Shown here one piece after another: positions 1 through 11,668 of a stretch of 64,000 nt of DNA. The stretch lies in contig JALDZX010000004.1 in assembly GCA_022813865.1 (NCBI GenBank), forward strand, positions 496,001-560,000, read 5' to 3'. Origin of the DNA: Xylographa opegraphella (Eukaryota). Numbering within the stretch: the first letter of the stretch is position 1; every line of letters begins with the position of its first letter. Under the pieces are notes generated by a model, which worked only from the letters and a program-made list of their open reading frames with translations, was not told the origin of the DNA and did not search any database. A program made the translations under genes and the position numbers.

Positions 1-2172
1 AAAGCGAAATATCGCTCGGTGTTTCCTCCTGATTTTGCACATATGGACATGCAAATATCTTCTTTGATGGACCCGGAGCACTTGTTTCATGTCACTACCG
101 GTACATTCTCGACTTCTTTTGCGGGAATACTAGAAATGGTTGAAGTACCTGATATGCCTGAATCCCCTTTCACGGGAGGGTTTAACTATCCCATTGGAAA
201 CACTGAAGTGGAACTGCCGCATAGTTTACAAGATGTTCTTTCAGCGCCTTATGATTTCAAGCTCGTGGCTTATATGGAGCGTACGGTGCGTGTGGGTTTC
301 AATCCCGACCACGATCCGTTTCTAGAAACAGTCGATAAAGTAAGGAAGTGGGAACTTGGCACTCCAAGCCTCGCAAATACAACATCCAAAGACTGGCGAT
401 TCATCAATTTTCAACTTCTAGAACCCCAAGAAACTGTCGACACAAGATTCAAAGAGAGTTATTTTATAGACCCAGGAGTCGGAGGTGGTATGAAGCGGCT
501 CCGCCAAAGAAACTCCACAATTACGTCTTCACAACGTGTTATCCCTACAAAACGACCTGCACCAGTATCAAGACAGCCAGCTCGCCGTGTAAATGTGGCG
601 CGACTATCTACGACTCCGTTACCGGTCATTGATGTACCAGTAGATGCCGACGGTAGAGCTTTCAAGAAGCCTATATTGCGTGGGCCTAGGCTCCAGGCTG
701 TCAGTCCTGAGGACGATGATCGAATTCTTGTCGCCGTTCTAGTTGTGCGGACTCTTGTGGGAGGTTCAGAACAGCACATCGACTGGGTTCTATTAGCACG
801 CATGTTTGGATCAAGATTTTCGGAGAGACTCTTACATCGTCGTTGGGTTTCGGTTCGAGTCCGGTACAAACGCAACCTCGAAAAGCTTCAGTCAGACATT
901 CAAGATATGTTCTTACAAGCATACGAAAATGATACGATTCCGCTGTTGGATTTTGATAACTATGATAATTATGATTGGGACTCGCTTGTAGACTGGACGA
1001 TGAAGAACCTGGAAACTCCAGTAAACAATTTGAACAAAGATCTTCCGGATTCTCGAACTAAGCTTGACAATACTTTCGAGCTTCGCAAATCCTCAGTAAC
1101 AACAAGCGAGTTGGCATTATTTTACGAGCTCGAGTCAATCTGTTCAGTACCCAGGCGCCATGTGGTCATTCAACGAAAGCCTCATGTCGTTCCACTTCAC
1201 ATGCTTTCCATAACTCCCAAAACTTCTAGTGTCCATGACATCGCGAAAACGTGGGTGCGGGCAAATGTCATGACACCTGACAAAGGCTACGATGCGAATA
1301 TGGCACGGGACAAACTTATTTCGCTAGGTGAACCCAATGTCGAGGCTGCAGTCAAAGATCTTCTGTCCGCGAGAGTGATCCTTCATACCAACAAGGGACG
1401 GCTGATTCCAGGGAGGAATTATGACATGACAGACTATTGCCTGACTCGTCTACGCAAGAAAATAAGCACCCACACATTCCGACAAGCGGCAGCCTACAAA
1501 GTGCGTCTGGATGCCAAGTTCGAAGAAGAGGGCTCTGTCGCGTTCAGTTACCATACTAGAGATGCAGAGGTCATTGCTATTCTGAACCTTGCAGCACATG
1601 GTAGAATCAGCATTCTGCCGAAGAATCCGCCAATGAAAACGTTCGGACTGGTGGATAATGGCTACCGGACTCGACACATGGACAAGGCTCGACTGAATTT
1701 CGACATCGAGCTCAAGCCGACTGCATCCTACGTTCGTGGCAATCCACTGCTACCGCTGCCTCCACCTCCAGGAGTTGTTTCCTGCACGTTTTCGTCCTTA
1801 CCACACGACACGGCACAGTCCCACGGAGTCTCCGTGGAATCCGAGCCTACCATGGAAAGATTGCCTTTTTGGGTTGGCATTAATAACTCCTTTATACCTA
1901 CAGCATGGGATCTTGCCTTAGCGGCCGTACTGAGTCTTGCCGTCATTCAGCCCGGAGTCGACCCCTCAGAGTTGGCCAAGACCCTGAGGCCAGCTGTGGA
2001 AGACTGGGAAGTCGCGCTCATCTTCCAGTGGTGTGTCGAATCAGGCGTGGCGACTTGGTCGGATGAACGAGCTGGCAAGAGCGGGAATGGTGGCGTGAAG
2101 GTTGCGGAGTGGTGGTGGATGGTGTATGGGAAGGAAGGGACGGGGGAGGAGATGGATACGCGTGAGGACTGA
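1..2172 (+). CDS. TFC3: RNA polymerase III transcription factor TFIIIC large (B-box binding, Tfc3/Sfc3-like) subunit, C-terminal part; 5' end lies outside the window
   Basis: Frame open from the window edge to TGA at 2170-2172. Segments such as AKTWVRANVMTP, GRLIPGRNY, YRTRHMDKARLNF and terminal EWWWMV resemble the Pezizomycotina Sfc3/Tfc3 C-terminus as I recall it. Confidence 0.7.
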   Translation, partial: KAKYRSVFPPDFAHMDMQISSLMDPEHLFHVTTGTFSTSFAGILEMVEVPDMPESPFTGGFNYPIGNTEVELPHSLQDVLSAPYDFKLVAYMERTVRVGFNPDHDPFLETVDKVRKWELGTPSLANTTSKDWRFINFQLLEPQETVDTRFKESYFIDPGVGGGMKRLRQRNSTITSSQRVIPTKRPAPVSRQPARRVNVARLSTTPLPVIDVPVDADGRAFKKPILRGPRLQAVSPEDDDRILVAVLVVRTLVGGSEQHIDWVLLARMFGSRFSERLLHRRWVSVRVRYKRNLEKLQSDIQDMFLQAYENDTIPLLDFDNYDNYDWDSLVDWTMKNLETPVNNLNKDLPDSRTKLDNTFELRKSSVTTSELALFYELESICSVPRRHVVIQRKPHVVPLHMLSITPKTSSVHDIAKTWVRANVMTPDKGYDANMARDKLISLGEPNVEAAVKDLLSARVILHTNKGRLIPGRNYDMTDYCLTRLRKKISTHTFRQAAAYKVRLDAKFEEEGSVAFSYHTRDAEVIAILNLAAHGRISILPKNPPMKTFGLVDNGYRTRHMDKARLNFDIELKPTASYVRGNPLLPLPPPPGVVSCTFSSLPHDTAQSHGVSVESEPTMERLPFWVGINNSFIPTAWDLALAAVLSLAVIQPGVDPSELAKTLRPAVEDWEVALIFQWCVESGVATWSDERAGKSGNGGVKVAEWWWMVYGKEGTGEEMDTRED

Positions 2173-2205
2173 ATGTCATGGGAAGCATGAGAGACAGGAC
2201 TTTCT

Positions 2206-2269
2206 GCTTCACGGTTTCACGGCTTCGAGGCTTTACGATTTCACGGCTTCATGGCTTCAAGGCTTCACG
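2206..2269. repeat. Degenerate 8-bp tandem repeat (GCTTCACG)x8
   Basis: gcttcacg gtttcacg gcttcgag gctttacg atttcacg gcttcatg gcttcaag gcttcacg read directly. Confidence 0.8.
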
Positions 2270-3042
2270 ACAAGGACATGATGACACCGAAGACATCACT
2301 CTCCTCCCCCGATGACATGAAAAGACGTTCTTGCAACGGCAATTCGAACGCGCGAGCTTCAACCGGCTACTTTTCTGTGCGGGATCGAAGGACCGGAGGC
2401 GTTCCGCGTTCCGATATCTCACCACGTCTCACACAGCGGTGTACAAAACGAGAAGACCAAGATATAGGCAAGCCATTTTTTGCAGCATTTAGGCGAATCT
2501 TAGCTTAGAAGCGGAGTATCACGCTTAGCTCTCGAGCGATCGTGGCCGTGTGCCCATTTTTGTATATTACTTAGAAACTCCGAGGACGTCTGTATCTATC
2601 ATTTATGAAGTCAGACTCGTGCATTGCTTGCTGCGTCGGATGGACTGCCGTGGCGCTGTGGATGTAGTGACTGATTACCTCCCGATGTCCTTGATATAGT
2701 GCTTCTCTGTGTCACGTAAGGGAATGGAGGAAACACCATCTGCAGTCGTAGTTGCCACCCGCGGCGTCGTAACACCTTTCCGCTCCTTTCAGTATCCATA
2801 TCGTGGTTGGCATCTCGTATACCGGCCGCTAGCCCCGCCCGAATAGATTTGGTTCATACCTTGTGCGCCTTTGACGGTACTGCGTAGTGGAATGGCAATA
2901 ATAGATGTGAGACGACGTGCGCGACTGGGGGTTCGGGAAGCGTGCTGGGGAGGGAGAGCTTGAGGTTAGATGGAGGGGATTACAGTGGTTTGCAAGTCGG
3001 GGATGTGGACTTATGGTGCGGCTTAGGCGGGATGGAAGAGAT

Positions 3043-3100
3043 TGGAAGTAGGGAAAGGGCTGGGAAGGTAGAAAGGGCTGGGAAGGTAGAAAGGGCTGAG
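3043..3100. repeat. 18-bp purine-rich tandem repeat (TGGGAAGGTAGAAAGGGC), about 3 copies
   Basis: Two exact copies at 3061-3096 plus a degenerate upstream copy. Confidence 0.7.
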
Positions 3101-3391
3101 AGGTGGGGATGTGTCCGCAGTTCGGGCGTGGTGATTCCCATATCAATGGAGTGGATGGCTCGCGCGATGCGGTGCAGTGCGGGATAGAGGATCGAGACGC
3201 TTCCATGGGCACGGTATCAAGCACAGGAAAGCAAGACTGAAGAACAGGAAAATCTATTTTTCTTTGTGCCTCCATACCCGCAGGCCTTGATGGCTGTCTG
3301 CCTATATGCCAAACACCATTTCCTTCCAGGAGATCTAATCACAAGCCCACATGACCGTTACATCCGTTGATATCGAGGAGATGGCTAGGCT

Positions 3392-4507
3392 TCAGAGGAT
3401 CATCTTCTTGAACACCATCACAGCCAAGGTGACAATCAGCCCGAAGATGGCTTTGTCCAGCCAAGGAGGGACGCCGGCATCTTGGTCCGTGGAAGCGCGA
3501 TGCGCTCGAGCCGCGACCAAGGTTGCAGTGGTAGGAGCAGGGGTGGGAGGGATGATGTTTGGGGTGCTGGGCACGGGCGTTTCAGCAGTTGTTGTGGTAG
3601 GACCAAGGCTCGATGCTGGCGCGGGAGGAAGACTAGCCGCGGATGAAGACGCCGGCGGCGAAGAGAGAGCAGAGGATGAAGATGAAGTGGCGCGCAGTGG
3701 TGATGGCGGCGGTTTCGACCGCGCAAGCAGATTCGCCACCAGTCCTGCCACCAACGGCGACTTTGGAGCTGGCGGTATCCCTGTGCTCCCTCTCTGGCTC
3801 GCCCCATCACTCGACCCCGACGGCCCAGGTGCAGCCTTCGGTGTCGGTGGACCCCTCTCCAAGTCATCCCGATACTCTAATCTCAGTTCTTCCGGAATGG
3901 TCTCCTCCTTCCGCGCCCGCCCACTCTCCTCCATCAGCTTCCACTCCTCCTCCGACTCTTTGAGAACCTCCTCGTTCGTCCGGCCTCCACATCCCCCAGC
4001 ACACTTCCACCTCCTCGACTCCTTCGCCAACCGTAACCGTCCACCCTCGCTCATATCCAGCCCGCCCACCTGACCCTTCGCCTCACCCGCCATGAACGCC
4101 CGGATCGCACACAGCGCGGTGCGGATGCCCCATGCCGGCTGCCACGACTCCTCATGATGCCCCGATATGCTCAAGCAGATCTCGCGGTTGACTTCGAAGC
4201 GGCCACTCGCTGTCAAGAACCGGAAGCTTGGGGGACGGTGCGGGTAGGCGGGCGGCAGGATTATTCGGCCGTGGTAGATGCCCTCCGCGTAGGGGGTGGA
4301 CGGCGGGCCGGCGATGGTGAAGTGCCATTCGAAGAGGTTGGTGTCGAGGGGAGCGGCATGGAGGCTAGGATCTGGGTTGGAGGCGAGCTCGCGGGACTCT
4401 TGGAGGATGCGTTTGATGGTAGGCGTTTTGTTGAAGCTGGGGGTGCCGGGGGTGCGGGGAGTGGAGGGCGTGCGAGGTGAAGCAGGGGTGGGAGGGAGGG
4501 AGGCCAT
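3392..4507 (-). CDS. UBE2J1: Tail-anchored ubiquitin-conjugating enzyme E2, UBE2J1/Ubc6 class (ERAD)
   Basis: UBC fold: NLFEWHFTIAGP, YHGRIILPPAYP, catalytic ICLSISGHHEESWQPAW; low-complexity linker; C-terminal hydrophobic anchor LDKAIFGLIVTLAVMVFKK; intronless. Confidence 0.9.
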   Translation of the reverse strand: MASLPPTPASPRTPSTPRTPGTPSFNKTPTIKRILQESRELASNPDPSLHAAPLDTNLFEWHFTIAGPPSTPYAEGIYHGRIILPPAYPHRPPSFRFLTASGRFEVNREICLSISGHHEESWQPAWGIRTALCAIRAFMAGEAKGQVGGLDMSEGGRLRLAKESRRWKCAGGCGGRTNEEVLKESEEEWKLMEESGRARKEETIPEELRLEYRDDLERGPPTPKAAPGPSGSSDGASQRGSTGIPPAPKSPLVAGLVANLLARSKPPPSPLRATSSSSSALSSPPASSSAASLPPAPASSLGPTTTTAETPVPSTPNIIPPTPAPTTATLVAARAHRASTDQDAGVPPWLDKAIFGLIVTLAVMVFKKMIL

Positions 4508-5482
4508 GGTGAGATGGAGGATTTAGGGGCACGGACAGAGGCAATGCCTAGACGATGCTTGTCATGGTCGGTTAAGTATTGGCAATGCTGCTTGTGCGTG
4601 GTGGTGGTGGAGTATCTACTCAGGAAAGAGCTGAGGTGTCATCGTTGACCTGGACCGTGCACAGGCTTGGCGCTTCCCATGGTGACATGTGACATATGCT
4701 TTCGAGCCTCGCGATAACTTGGAATAAATACCAATGGAGTATGCTCGTGCAATTGGATCGAGCTATCGAGTACAGGATTTCTCACGATATACAGACAGGA
4801 ATCATATGACAACAACACAACCAACCAGTATCAGCGTGGGCTTGTTTGAGGACGCTAAGCTGCCAGCGCTGCTGTTGAGTGGCCATACAGAATGGCGGCT
4901 CATCTGTATCAGATGGCCGGCAATCCTACCGAACATTCTATGATACGAAATTGAAACGCTTACTACTGCTGCCGGCCTATTCGTCGTTGCGTCGCCTGTG
5001 GCAGCGTGGCCTCGAGCCAAGCTTCCCTTCCCATCTGCCTTTTCTGGTCAAGCGGATCTTCATGTTTATCTTCCACGAGCTATCATCTATCTTGGAATGG
5101 CACAAGCTCCTTTTCCAACACCAATCAATCATTAACCTACTGGCCGCCACTCTTTTCTCGAGATGCAAATCGGACTTATCCTGCGTGACTCTATCTGGCA
5201 GATATGAGTGGTGTCCACCCGGCACGAACCCAGACACCGTCTTGCTTCCCACTGACGTAACTCGTGGCTTCAATGCCTATCGACAGATATGGCCATGCCT
5301 TATCGAGATTTACAGACTTCCGGCAATCCTTGACAAGGTATGATGCCATCGTCGGGTTGGTATAGATAGGCCGTGAGTTCGCAGCGACGCGATTATCTTT
5401 ATATTTTGTCTCCTTCACCCTACAGCAATATCTATGATCGTGTGCCACTCTGGACACGTTGAATATCTCAAGTACCTGTTAA

Positions 5483-7362
5483 ATGCATCCGATAGACGAA
5501 CACGACGAGAAAGAATGGCCGCCTGGGACAGTCAGATTGGAAGATCTGCAACAGGCCGGTAAAAATGGCGAGGTCATTCTACAGCCACGTCCAAGCAGGG
5601 ATCCCAATGACCCCCTGAATTGGCCGAGATGGGAGAAGTATCTGAACTTCGGGCTGGTGTCGTTTTACGCAATGATGGTTTTTGCCCTGTACATGGTCTT
5701 CGCAACATCTGAAGCGGGTTGACACTGATATTCATACTCAGTATAGACGCAGCTACCCCGACGTGGGCGCCCATGAACGAACAGCTTGGTTTCAGCTACG
5801 CAATCTTGAATGACAGTTATGCGGTTGGCAACGGTACACTATGTATTGGCGCCTTCCTCCTGATCCCTTTCGCTCTCAAATATGGCCGACGTCCTATGTA
5901 CATCGTCAGCACTGCCGCTCAGCTGGGAGTCTCGATCTGGTCTGCCAAACTGGAGACTGTGGCAGACATCATGCTTATCAACGCATTCAGTTGCGGTGTT
6001 GGAGCATTAGCTGAAGTCATTGTTCAGATGACAGTCGCCGACATGTTCTTCGTTCATGAGCGCGGGACCATGAACAGCTTCTACGTTTGGGCGCAAAACA
6101 TTGGTGGTTCTTTGGCACCAGTCGCAGCAGGCTACATCACTGTCAGCCAAGGCTGGCGTTGGGTGTGGTGGTGGTGTACAATCTTCTTCGGCGTTGCCCT
6201 GGTCGCCTATATCTTCCTCTACGAAGAGACCAAATACGACCACAGCGCAATTCAAGGGGTGGACCTCCGTGCTTCACAGGATCCGGTAGCGGAGTTCGGC
6301 CAAACCGCCAGTGACGAGGAGGCCAGCATAGAGAAGAAAACCGACCTCTCGGAAGCCAAACTTGAACCAAGGACGTCCAGAGGAAGCGCTGGCCCTGAGG
6401 CATATCGGTCGCGACATCTCAGCGTGATTGACATTGACAGCTCGATTCCGAGAAAATCATACGTCCAGCGCCTTGCCTTCTGGACTTCCTCGCCGGGTCC
6501 ATTAAGCCACTTCTTTCGCCACAGCTACCAGCCATTTCTCGTTCTTTTCACCATCCCAGGCGTCTTCTTCGTCTCACTAACATACGGCGCCTTGATTGCT
6601 ATGAGCACGGTTCAGGTCACCACGCTTTCCTCTTGGATGGCCGAGCCACCATATAACTTTAACGCTGCTCAGATTGGATTGTAAGTTATGAATGCCTGAA
6701 TCTGGATACCCACAGGAATTTACTAATTGTGCCAACGCAGAATGTCGTTACCTTCCTGGATCGGATCTACCCTCGGAGCACTCGTAGTGGGACCGCTGAG
6801 CGACTGGCTGATCGTCTATCTGGCTCGACGGAACCATGGCATCTACGAGCCCGAAATGAGACTCTGGGTCATCGTGGCTTTCATCCCTTTTGTTCCTGCC
6901 GGTCTTTTCATGTTCGGCATCGGATTGAATAATGGATCGTCATGGCCGGTCGTTGCCATCGGCTACGGTCTGGCGTCCTTCGGCACATTACCCGCGAGCA
7001 GTCTTTCGTTGACATATCTCACCGACGCATACACTGAGGTAACGTCAATCCCAAGCCCCGCAGTTTCCCATCCGTATCCATGTTGTTTGCATGCTAACGA
7101 TCAATTTTCCCAGATCGTCGGCGACGCGCTGGTCGGAGTCACCTTCACCCGCAATCTTCTGGCCACGATCTTCGTCTTCGTCCTCACCCCCTGGATCGCG
7201 AATATGGGGATCAAAAACGTGTTTATCATCATCGGCGTGCTTGTGACGGCCGTCTTGCTGGGCACATTCATCTTCATCTATTACGGAAAGAAGTTCCGGG
7301 TGAAGTTTGCGGGCAGGTATCGCTATTATGCCGCTCGGCAGTATCAATCAAGGCCGGTATAG
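5483..7362 (+). CDS. Major facilitator superfamily transporter (DHA1/Hol1-like), 4 exons; introns 5689-5741, 6681-6740, 7039-7113
   Basis: QPRPSRDPNDPLNW, KYGRRP, DMFFVHERG, GWRWVWW, EPEMRLW motifs; the three GT-AG introns join the ORF pieces in frame. Confidence 0.9.
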
Positions 7363-7491
7363 AGACTCGGTTTTACATTTCGAAAGATATACAGGCTTTG
7401 TTGAGCACATGGAATCGCCGATATGGCCATGGTCAGGGAATCAGCAGTGTACATAATAGATGTAGATATTTACTATCAAAGGCGGTGGTAT

Positions 7492-7527
7492 GAAGTTCAA
7501 TCCGAAGTTCAATCCGAAGTTTAAATC
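7492..7527. repeat. 12-bp tandem repeat (GAAGTTCAATCC), about 3 copies
   Basis: gaagttcaatcc gaagttcaatcc gaagtttaaatc. Confidence 0.65.
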
Positions 7528-7767
7528 GATGTAGAGGGGCGAGAAATGTGTTAGGTTGCCTCACTCCTGTTGACTTAGTTCTACGGGATTAATCTAGCGA
7601 GGACTGTAGCTTCAAGGTGCTGGGTGACTCCGGTATCGACTACGATGGTGGATTAGATCTTCGCGGTGTTGGGTGTCCAGGATCGGAGCTTTGGATTGTC
7701 TCCCGGTAATTTGTATTATTCTACATCGACATGACATGAGGGGTATCAATGCTGCCGTGGTGGAAAT

Positions 7768-7803
7768 GGTCTTGGCATAGGTCTTGGCATGGGTCTTGGC
7801 GCA
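7768..7803. repeat. 12-bp tandem repeat (GGTCTTGGCATR), about 3 copies
   Basis: ggtcttggcata ggtcttggcatg ggtcttggcgca. Confidence 0.65.
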
Positions 7804-8056
7804 GGGTTAGGGCTCGTTCTTAGGTCTACATTGTACAATCTTATCGGAATACAATTCATGGCACGAACATGTTTACGTCTTGGAGTGGTGAAACGGTGGC
7901 TTCTTTGCACTGTTAACGGTATCGTATTCTACACTGAGCCTCCAATTCTCATTTCAAATCCGCAATCACATTTTACCGAACCAATGTATCTTTTCGCGTC
8001 ACGGCCTCGGTGACTAGAGAAAGTCTCATCATTGTGGAACCGGTGGCTGAATACCT

Positions 8057-8126
8057 TAGGTAATCTCTTAACATTGTCCTAGGTATGTATCTAGGTAGTC
8101 TCTTAACATTGTCCTAGGTATGTATC
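8057..8126. repeat. 35-bp direct tandem duplication with 1 mismatch
   Basis: TAGGTA(A/G)TCTCTTAACATTGTCCTAGGTATGTATC at 8057-8091 and 8092-8126. Confidence 0.85.
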
Positions 8127-8157
8127 TCGCGGCTATCTCCTGCGGCCCATTGCGCTC

Positions 8158-9525
8158 CTACGCTCGCCTGCGTTTGCTGGCTCTGCCGTCTTCGGTGTCA
8201 GTTGCCTTGACGCTCGAGCTCCGCTTACGTTTCTCTGCAATTTTGGCCCTGGTCCGAGATGCTGCGGTTTTGGACCTGGTCCGGGATGCTGCGGGGCCTG
8301 GCGAGTCGCGCACCGGCTCGTTCATCTCCGACACTTCGCTGACCCACCCTCTCCTCACAATACGGTTATCATCTGCTGGGTAAGCACCTTCGCTGGACTG
8401 GGACAGCCGCCACCAAGGAGAATCTTGGCTGCTACCGAGCAGGCGGACGCCAAGTCTCTTCGGTATCCACAGCAGCGACCGGCTATTGTCCAAGAAATAC
8501 TGGAACCAGAAACGCTGAGACGTTACCTCGACCATCCATCGGAGCGGCACGACGTAGAACGTCGATGACCCTTTACTCACTGCTCGTGTGTTCTTCTCAT
8601 CTTCCGTGGCCCATTCCAAAGCGTAGATATCCGGCCATTTCACGAAAAAGCTGGGCTCGTCTAGCGCAAAGGGTGTCTGTTGTCTAAGAGTTCCACCGAA
8701 TACTTCCTGTTCCCAGACTCGGCCGTATTCCGCCACAGCATCATTCTCCCAGTAACACTCGGTCCCTTGGTGGGAGCCGATATGAACCACGTGAGCAAGC
8801 TCGTGGCAAAATGTCGTCGCCATTAGGATGTGTATACGCATAAATCTGGACGCTAATTGGGCATTTGATATGCTATTCCGTGTGCGTTTATGAGATTCGA
8901 GGAGTTCCAACGCGCGCCAGTAACCCTTGTGCATAGAGACGACTGATCCATTTCCGACGATATTCTTTCGTACACTGTTTGAATATCGGATGACTTCTGC
9001 ATTGCATCTCTGCGTTCTTGCATAGCAGTCTATGTCCTCACAACTGTTGACTGCTCGTTTCAGATTGGTGATTCTCCAGCATATATTGTCACCAAACATG
9101 GCCATATTATCCTTGAGTTCTGTGCGAGTCCTGCGGTAATGCGTTAATGGGTCCAACCTGCGGATCATGTGTTTGTCGGCTTCGGCGGAAAACGGACCCG
9201 GAAGACGGATCTTGCGAGCATTGATGATGGAGTAGAGAACTACAAAGCTAGCTTCAGTTTCGAGAAAGGCCGATGCCAATCGAAGAACTGGTTCTACTAA
9301 CATCCATTGCCAATCCGTCATTCCTATCCACCGCAAACGACGGAATATGGGGTTGATTGGACCTCGTATGTCCGGGAAATGTGCTTCTTCACCTTCTTTG
9401 TATTCAGCAATTTGCTTGAGCTCGTCCTTGGGTATATAGTATGCGAGTGTATCCTCATCATCCTGGACGAAAATCTCATCGTCACTCATGGCGATATCCT
9501 CGTTACCTTGTTCGTCGCCTTCCAT
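8158..9525 (-). CDS. Uncharacterised protein with a zincin-like HEXXH motif and a basic C-terminus
   Basis: Long intronless ORF. First in-frame ATGs at 9684 and 9525; 9525 (MEGDEQ) preferred but uncertain. CHELAHVVH followed by AEYGRVWEQEVFGG; tail contains KRKR and KRRRA. Confidence 0.75.
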   Translation of the reverse strand: MEGDEQGNEDIAMSDDEIFVQDDEDTLAYYIPKDELKQIAEYKEGEEAHFPDIRGPINPIFRRLRWIGMTDWQWMLVEPVLRLASAFLETEASFVVLYSIINARKIRLPGPFSAEADKHMIRRLDPLTHYRRTRTELKDNMAMFGDNICWRITNLKRAVNSCEDIDCYARTQRCNAEVIRYSNSVRKNIVGNGSVVSMHKGYWRALELLESHKRTRNSISNAQLASRFMRIHILMATTFCHELAHVVHIGSHQGTECYWENDAVAEYGRVWEQEVFGGTLRQQTPFALDEPSFFVKWPDIYALEWATEDEKNTRAVSKGSSTFYVVPLRWMVEVTSQRFWFQYFLDNSRSLLWIPKRLGVRLLGSSQDSPWWRLSQSSEGAYPADDNRIVRRGWVSEVSEMNEPVRDSPGPAASRTRSKTAASRTRAKIAEKRKRSSSVKATDTEDGRASKRRRA

Positions 9526-10473
9526 GGTAACAATACTCGACTGTGTGGGCCCAAATATGTTTCCAGAGTTTTGCCAATTGCTGAGACCCCTTTTGATGCA
9601 CGACTTCAATTTTAAAGAATTGTCAAGGTGTGGATGACGAATGGTCGCAGAGTGTAGACTTCGGACAACTCTCAAAATTTCCATAGTCAACTATTTAAAG
9701 AACATAGTTCTCACAATGAGTATTGTCCGGAACGAACGCAAAGACAAGCTTGTTCTTTTCTTTGTATGTCACACAAAGAGCCATTGTGGACTCTTATGAA
9801 TGAGTCAAATCTTTCGAGTGCAGTCGCGATTCTCAAAGAAGCTAGGTACTCTCAACAGTACACCATTGTGTGTATCAACAAATTGTACACGCATTGCATA
9901 TCGCGCCTCATTTATTACAGTTTGCGGATGCATGCTCGCGAGAGCTAAGAGAACCAATGCCACACACAGCTCATTGTCATTGAGGAGACTACTCTGGCAA
10001 GTGTTCCGATCAGACAACAGCGAAAGTCCGGTCCGGTTCGTTTCAATCAGAGCATTAACGTTTTCAACAAGACTATTGTAGCTTCAAAATGAACTTCTGC
10101 CACCCACAATCCCCAGCCACCTAACTCCACCTCATTAGCGATTCCTTTACTTTTGTCCCTGCCAACTGGACTGGTGGAGGTCGTGGTAGCGCGGTGAAGG
10201 CCCGTGCTGGACATCAGGCCCCACATTTGGGATACTCTCGCCGTAGTGATGTTCGGCAAGAAGAGACATGGCGAGAGGGTTGAACAACAGTGATACAACG
10301 AACAGCAGCTAGAGATTAGAACTGTAAGTTCGGTTTTTGACCGAGAACTGTGGAAACTTGTGCGCGGACAATTCACAAGCTCGAGCTAAGTGAGGGAATT
10401 GAAGTCGGGTGGTTGAATTGTAGAGCTGCTTTGCGTTATCCAGTGCTCACGACACCCAATTGGGATGAAGCGC

Positions 10474-10644
10474 TTTATATATGTTGGAATAGTTTATATA
10501 TGTTGGAATAGTTTATATATGTTGGAATAGTTTATATATGTTGGAATAGTTTATATATGTTGGAATAGTTTATATATGTTGGAATAGTTTATATATGTTG
10601 GAATAGTTTATATATGTTGGAATAGTTTATATATGTTGGAATAG
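10474..10644. repeat. Perfect 19-bp minisatellite (TTTATATATGTTGGAATAG)x9
   Basis: Nine identical head-to-tail units, 171 bp, no spacers. Confidence 0.97.
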
Positions 10645-11668
10645 TTCTTGGAGATGGCCCGTCTCATTGATCGACATCAGTACTTTATGACTAAGAAGAC
10701 ATGCCCGATATCACAGACGGCGACCTTATACACACCACAAACGTATATTTTCATTGCTAGGCCGGTGTTCCAACCAATAAGAGAAGTCGGGTTGAGCAAC
10801 ATGCCTTGGAAATAAATGAGAACAAAGTATTGTTCTTCGGTCTGTCTCATTAGCCACTGGTAAAAACGATTGTTTGGTGTATATGATCTGCAGAATTGTG
10901 GATGAAATGACAACATAGGATTTGCTAGTATTGATGGCTAAATGCAGCGCATACCCTTCAGTATGCAAAAACAGTATGACAGAACAAAAGGGACAACATG
11001 GTTAGATTTCAACGAAGGTATCTTTCCTCCTATATGAGGTTTCTATCTATGATAACTTTCGCAATCTTGAAGCTTTTCCACAGAATATGCCGATTTTCGA
11101 TCATCGTCTGAATGTCCTGGTATGATCCATAAGATACCTAGAAAGTTAGGTATATAAACAGCAACGAACGACAACAAAGACTCGACGCGGTGGTGAGGTC
11201 ATGAGGTGACTAATCTCCTTAATAATGCTAAATCGGAGCCTGGACACGATTTAGCGGGCGTTAGCGATGCTACACATCGTTCCAGGCCGTTATTACGTGC
11301 CTTAGCAGCCGCCACCCTGTTAAAACGCCCCCACATCTACGCGGTAGGCACTTGGAGCTGCAACCGTAATAATCCCGGCAGCCCGGTTATCCTAGGATAT
11401 CCGACCTGCAGTCGTCGTCCTCAACCAGGCAGGTCGAGGACAAGAAAGTGACCACCCGCAGCTAAATAACTATCTATCACAAACATTTTTCCCTCTATCG
11501 CTCTGTCCTTGAGTTGGTGACCGAGCGCCACGTCAACAACAGCCATATACTTGCTTTCGCGACAGCTTCACTGTTCACTTCATGTCACGCATTTCGGAAT
11601 CGACAACTCCGCAAGCATCCACTCTTATGGATGAGCCCGACCGCCTCGATGGGCCATAATCTCACGCT

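Noticed and set aside
3351..4073. 240-aa plus-strand ORF
   Set aside because: Antisense to the UBE2J1-like gene; explained by high GC.
10474..10644. CRISPR array or telomeric tract
   Set aside because: Units abut with no spacers, there are no cas genes, the context is eukaryotic, and the unit is not TTAGGG-like.
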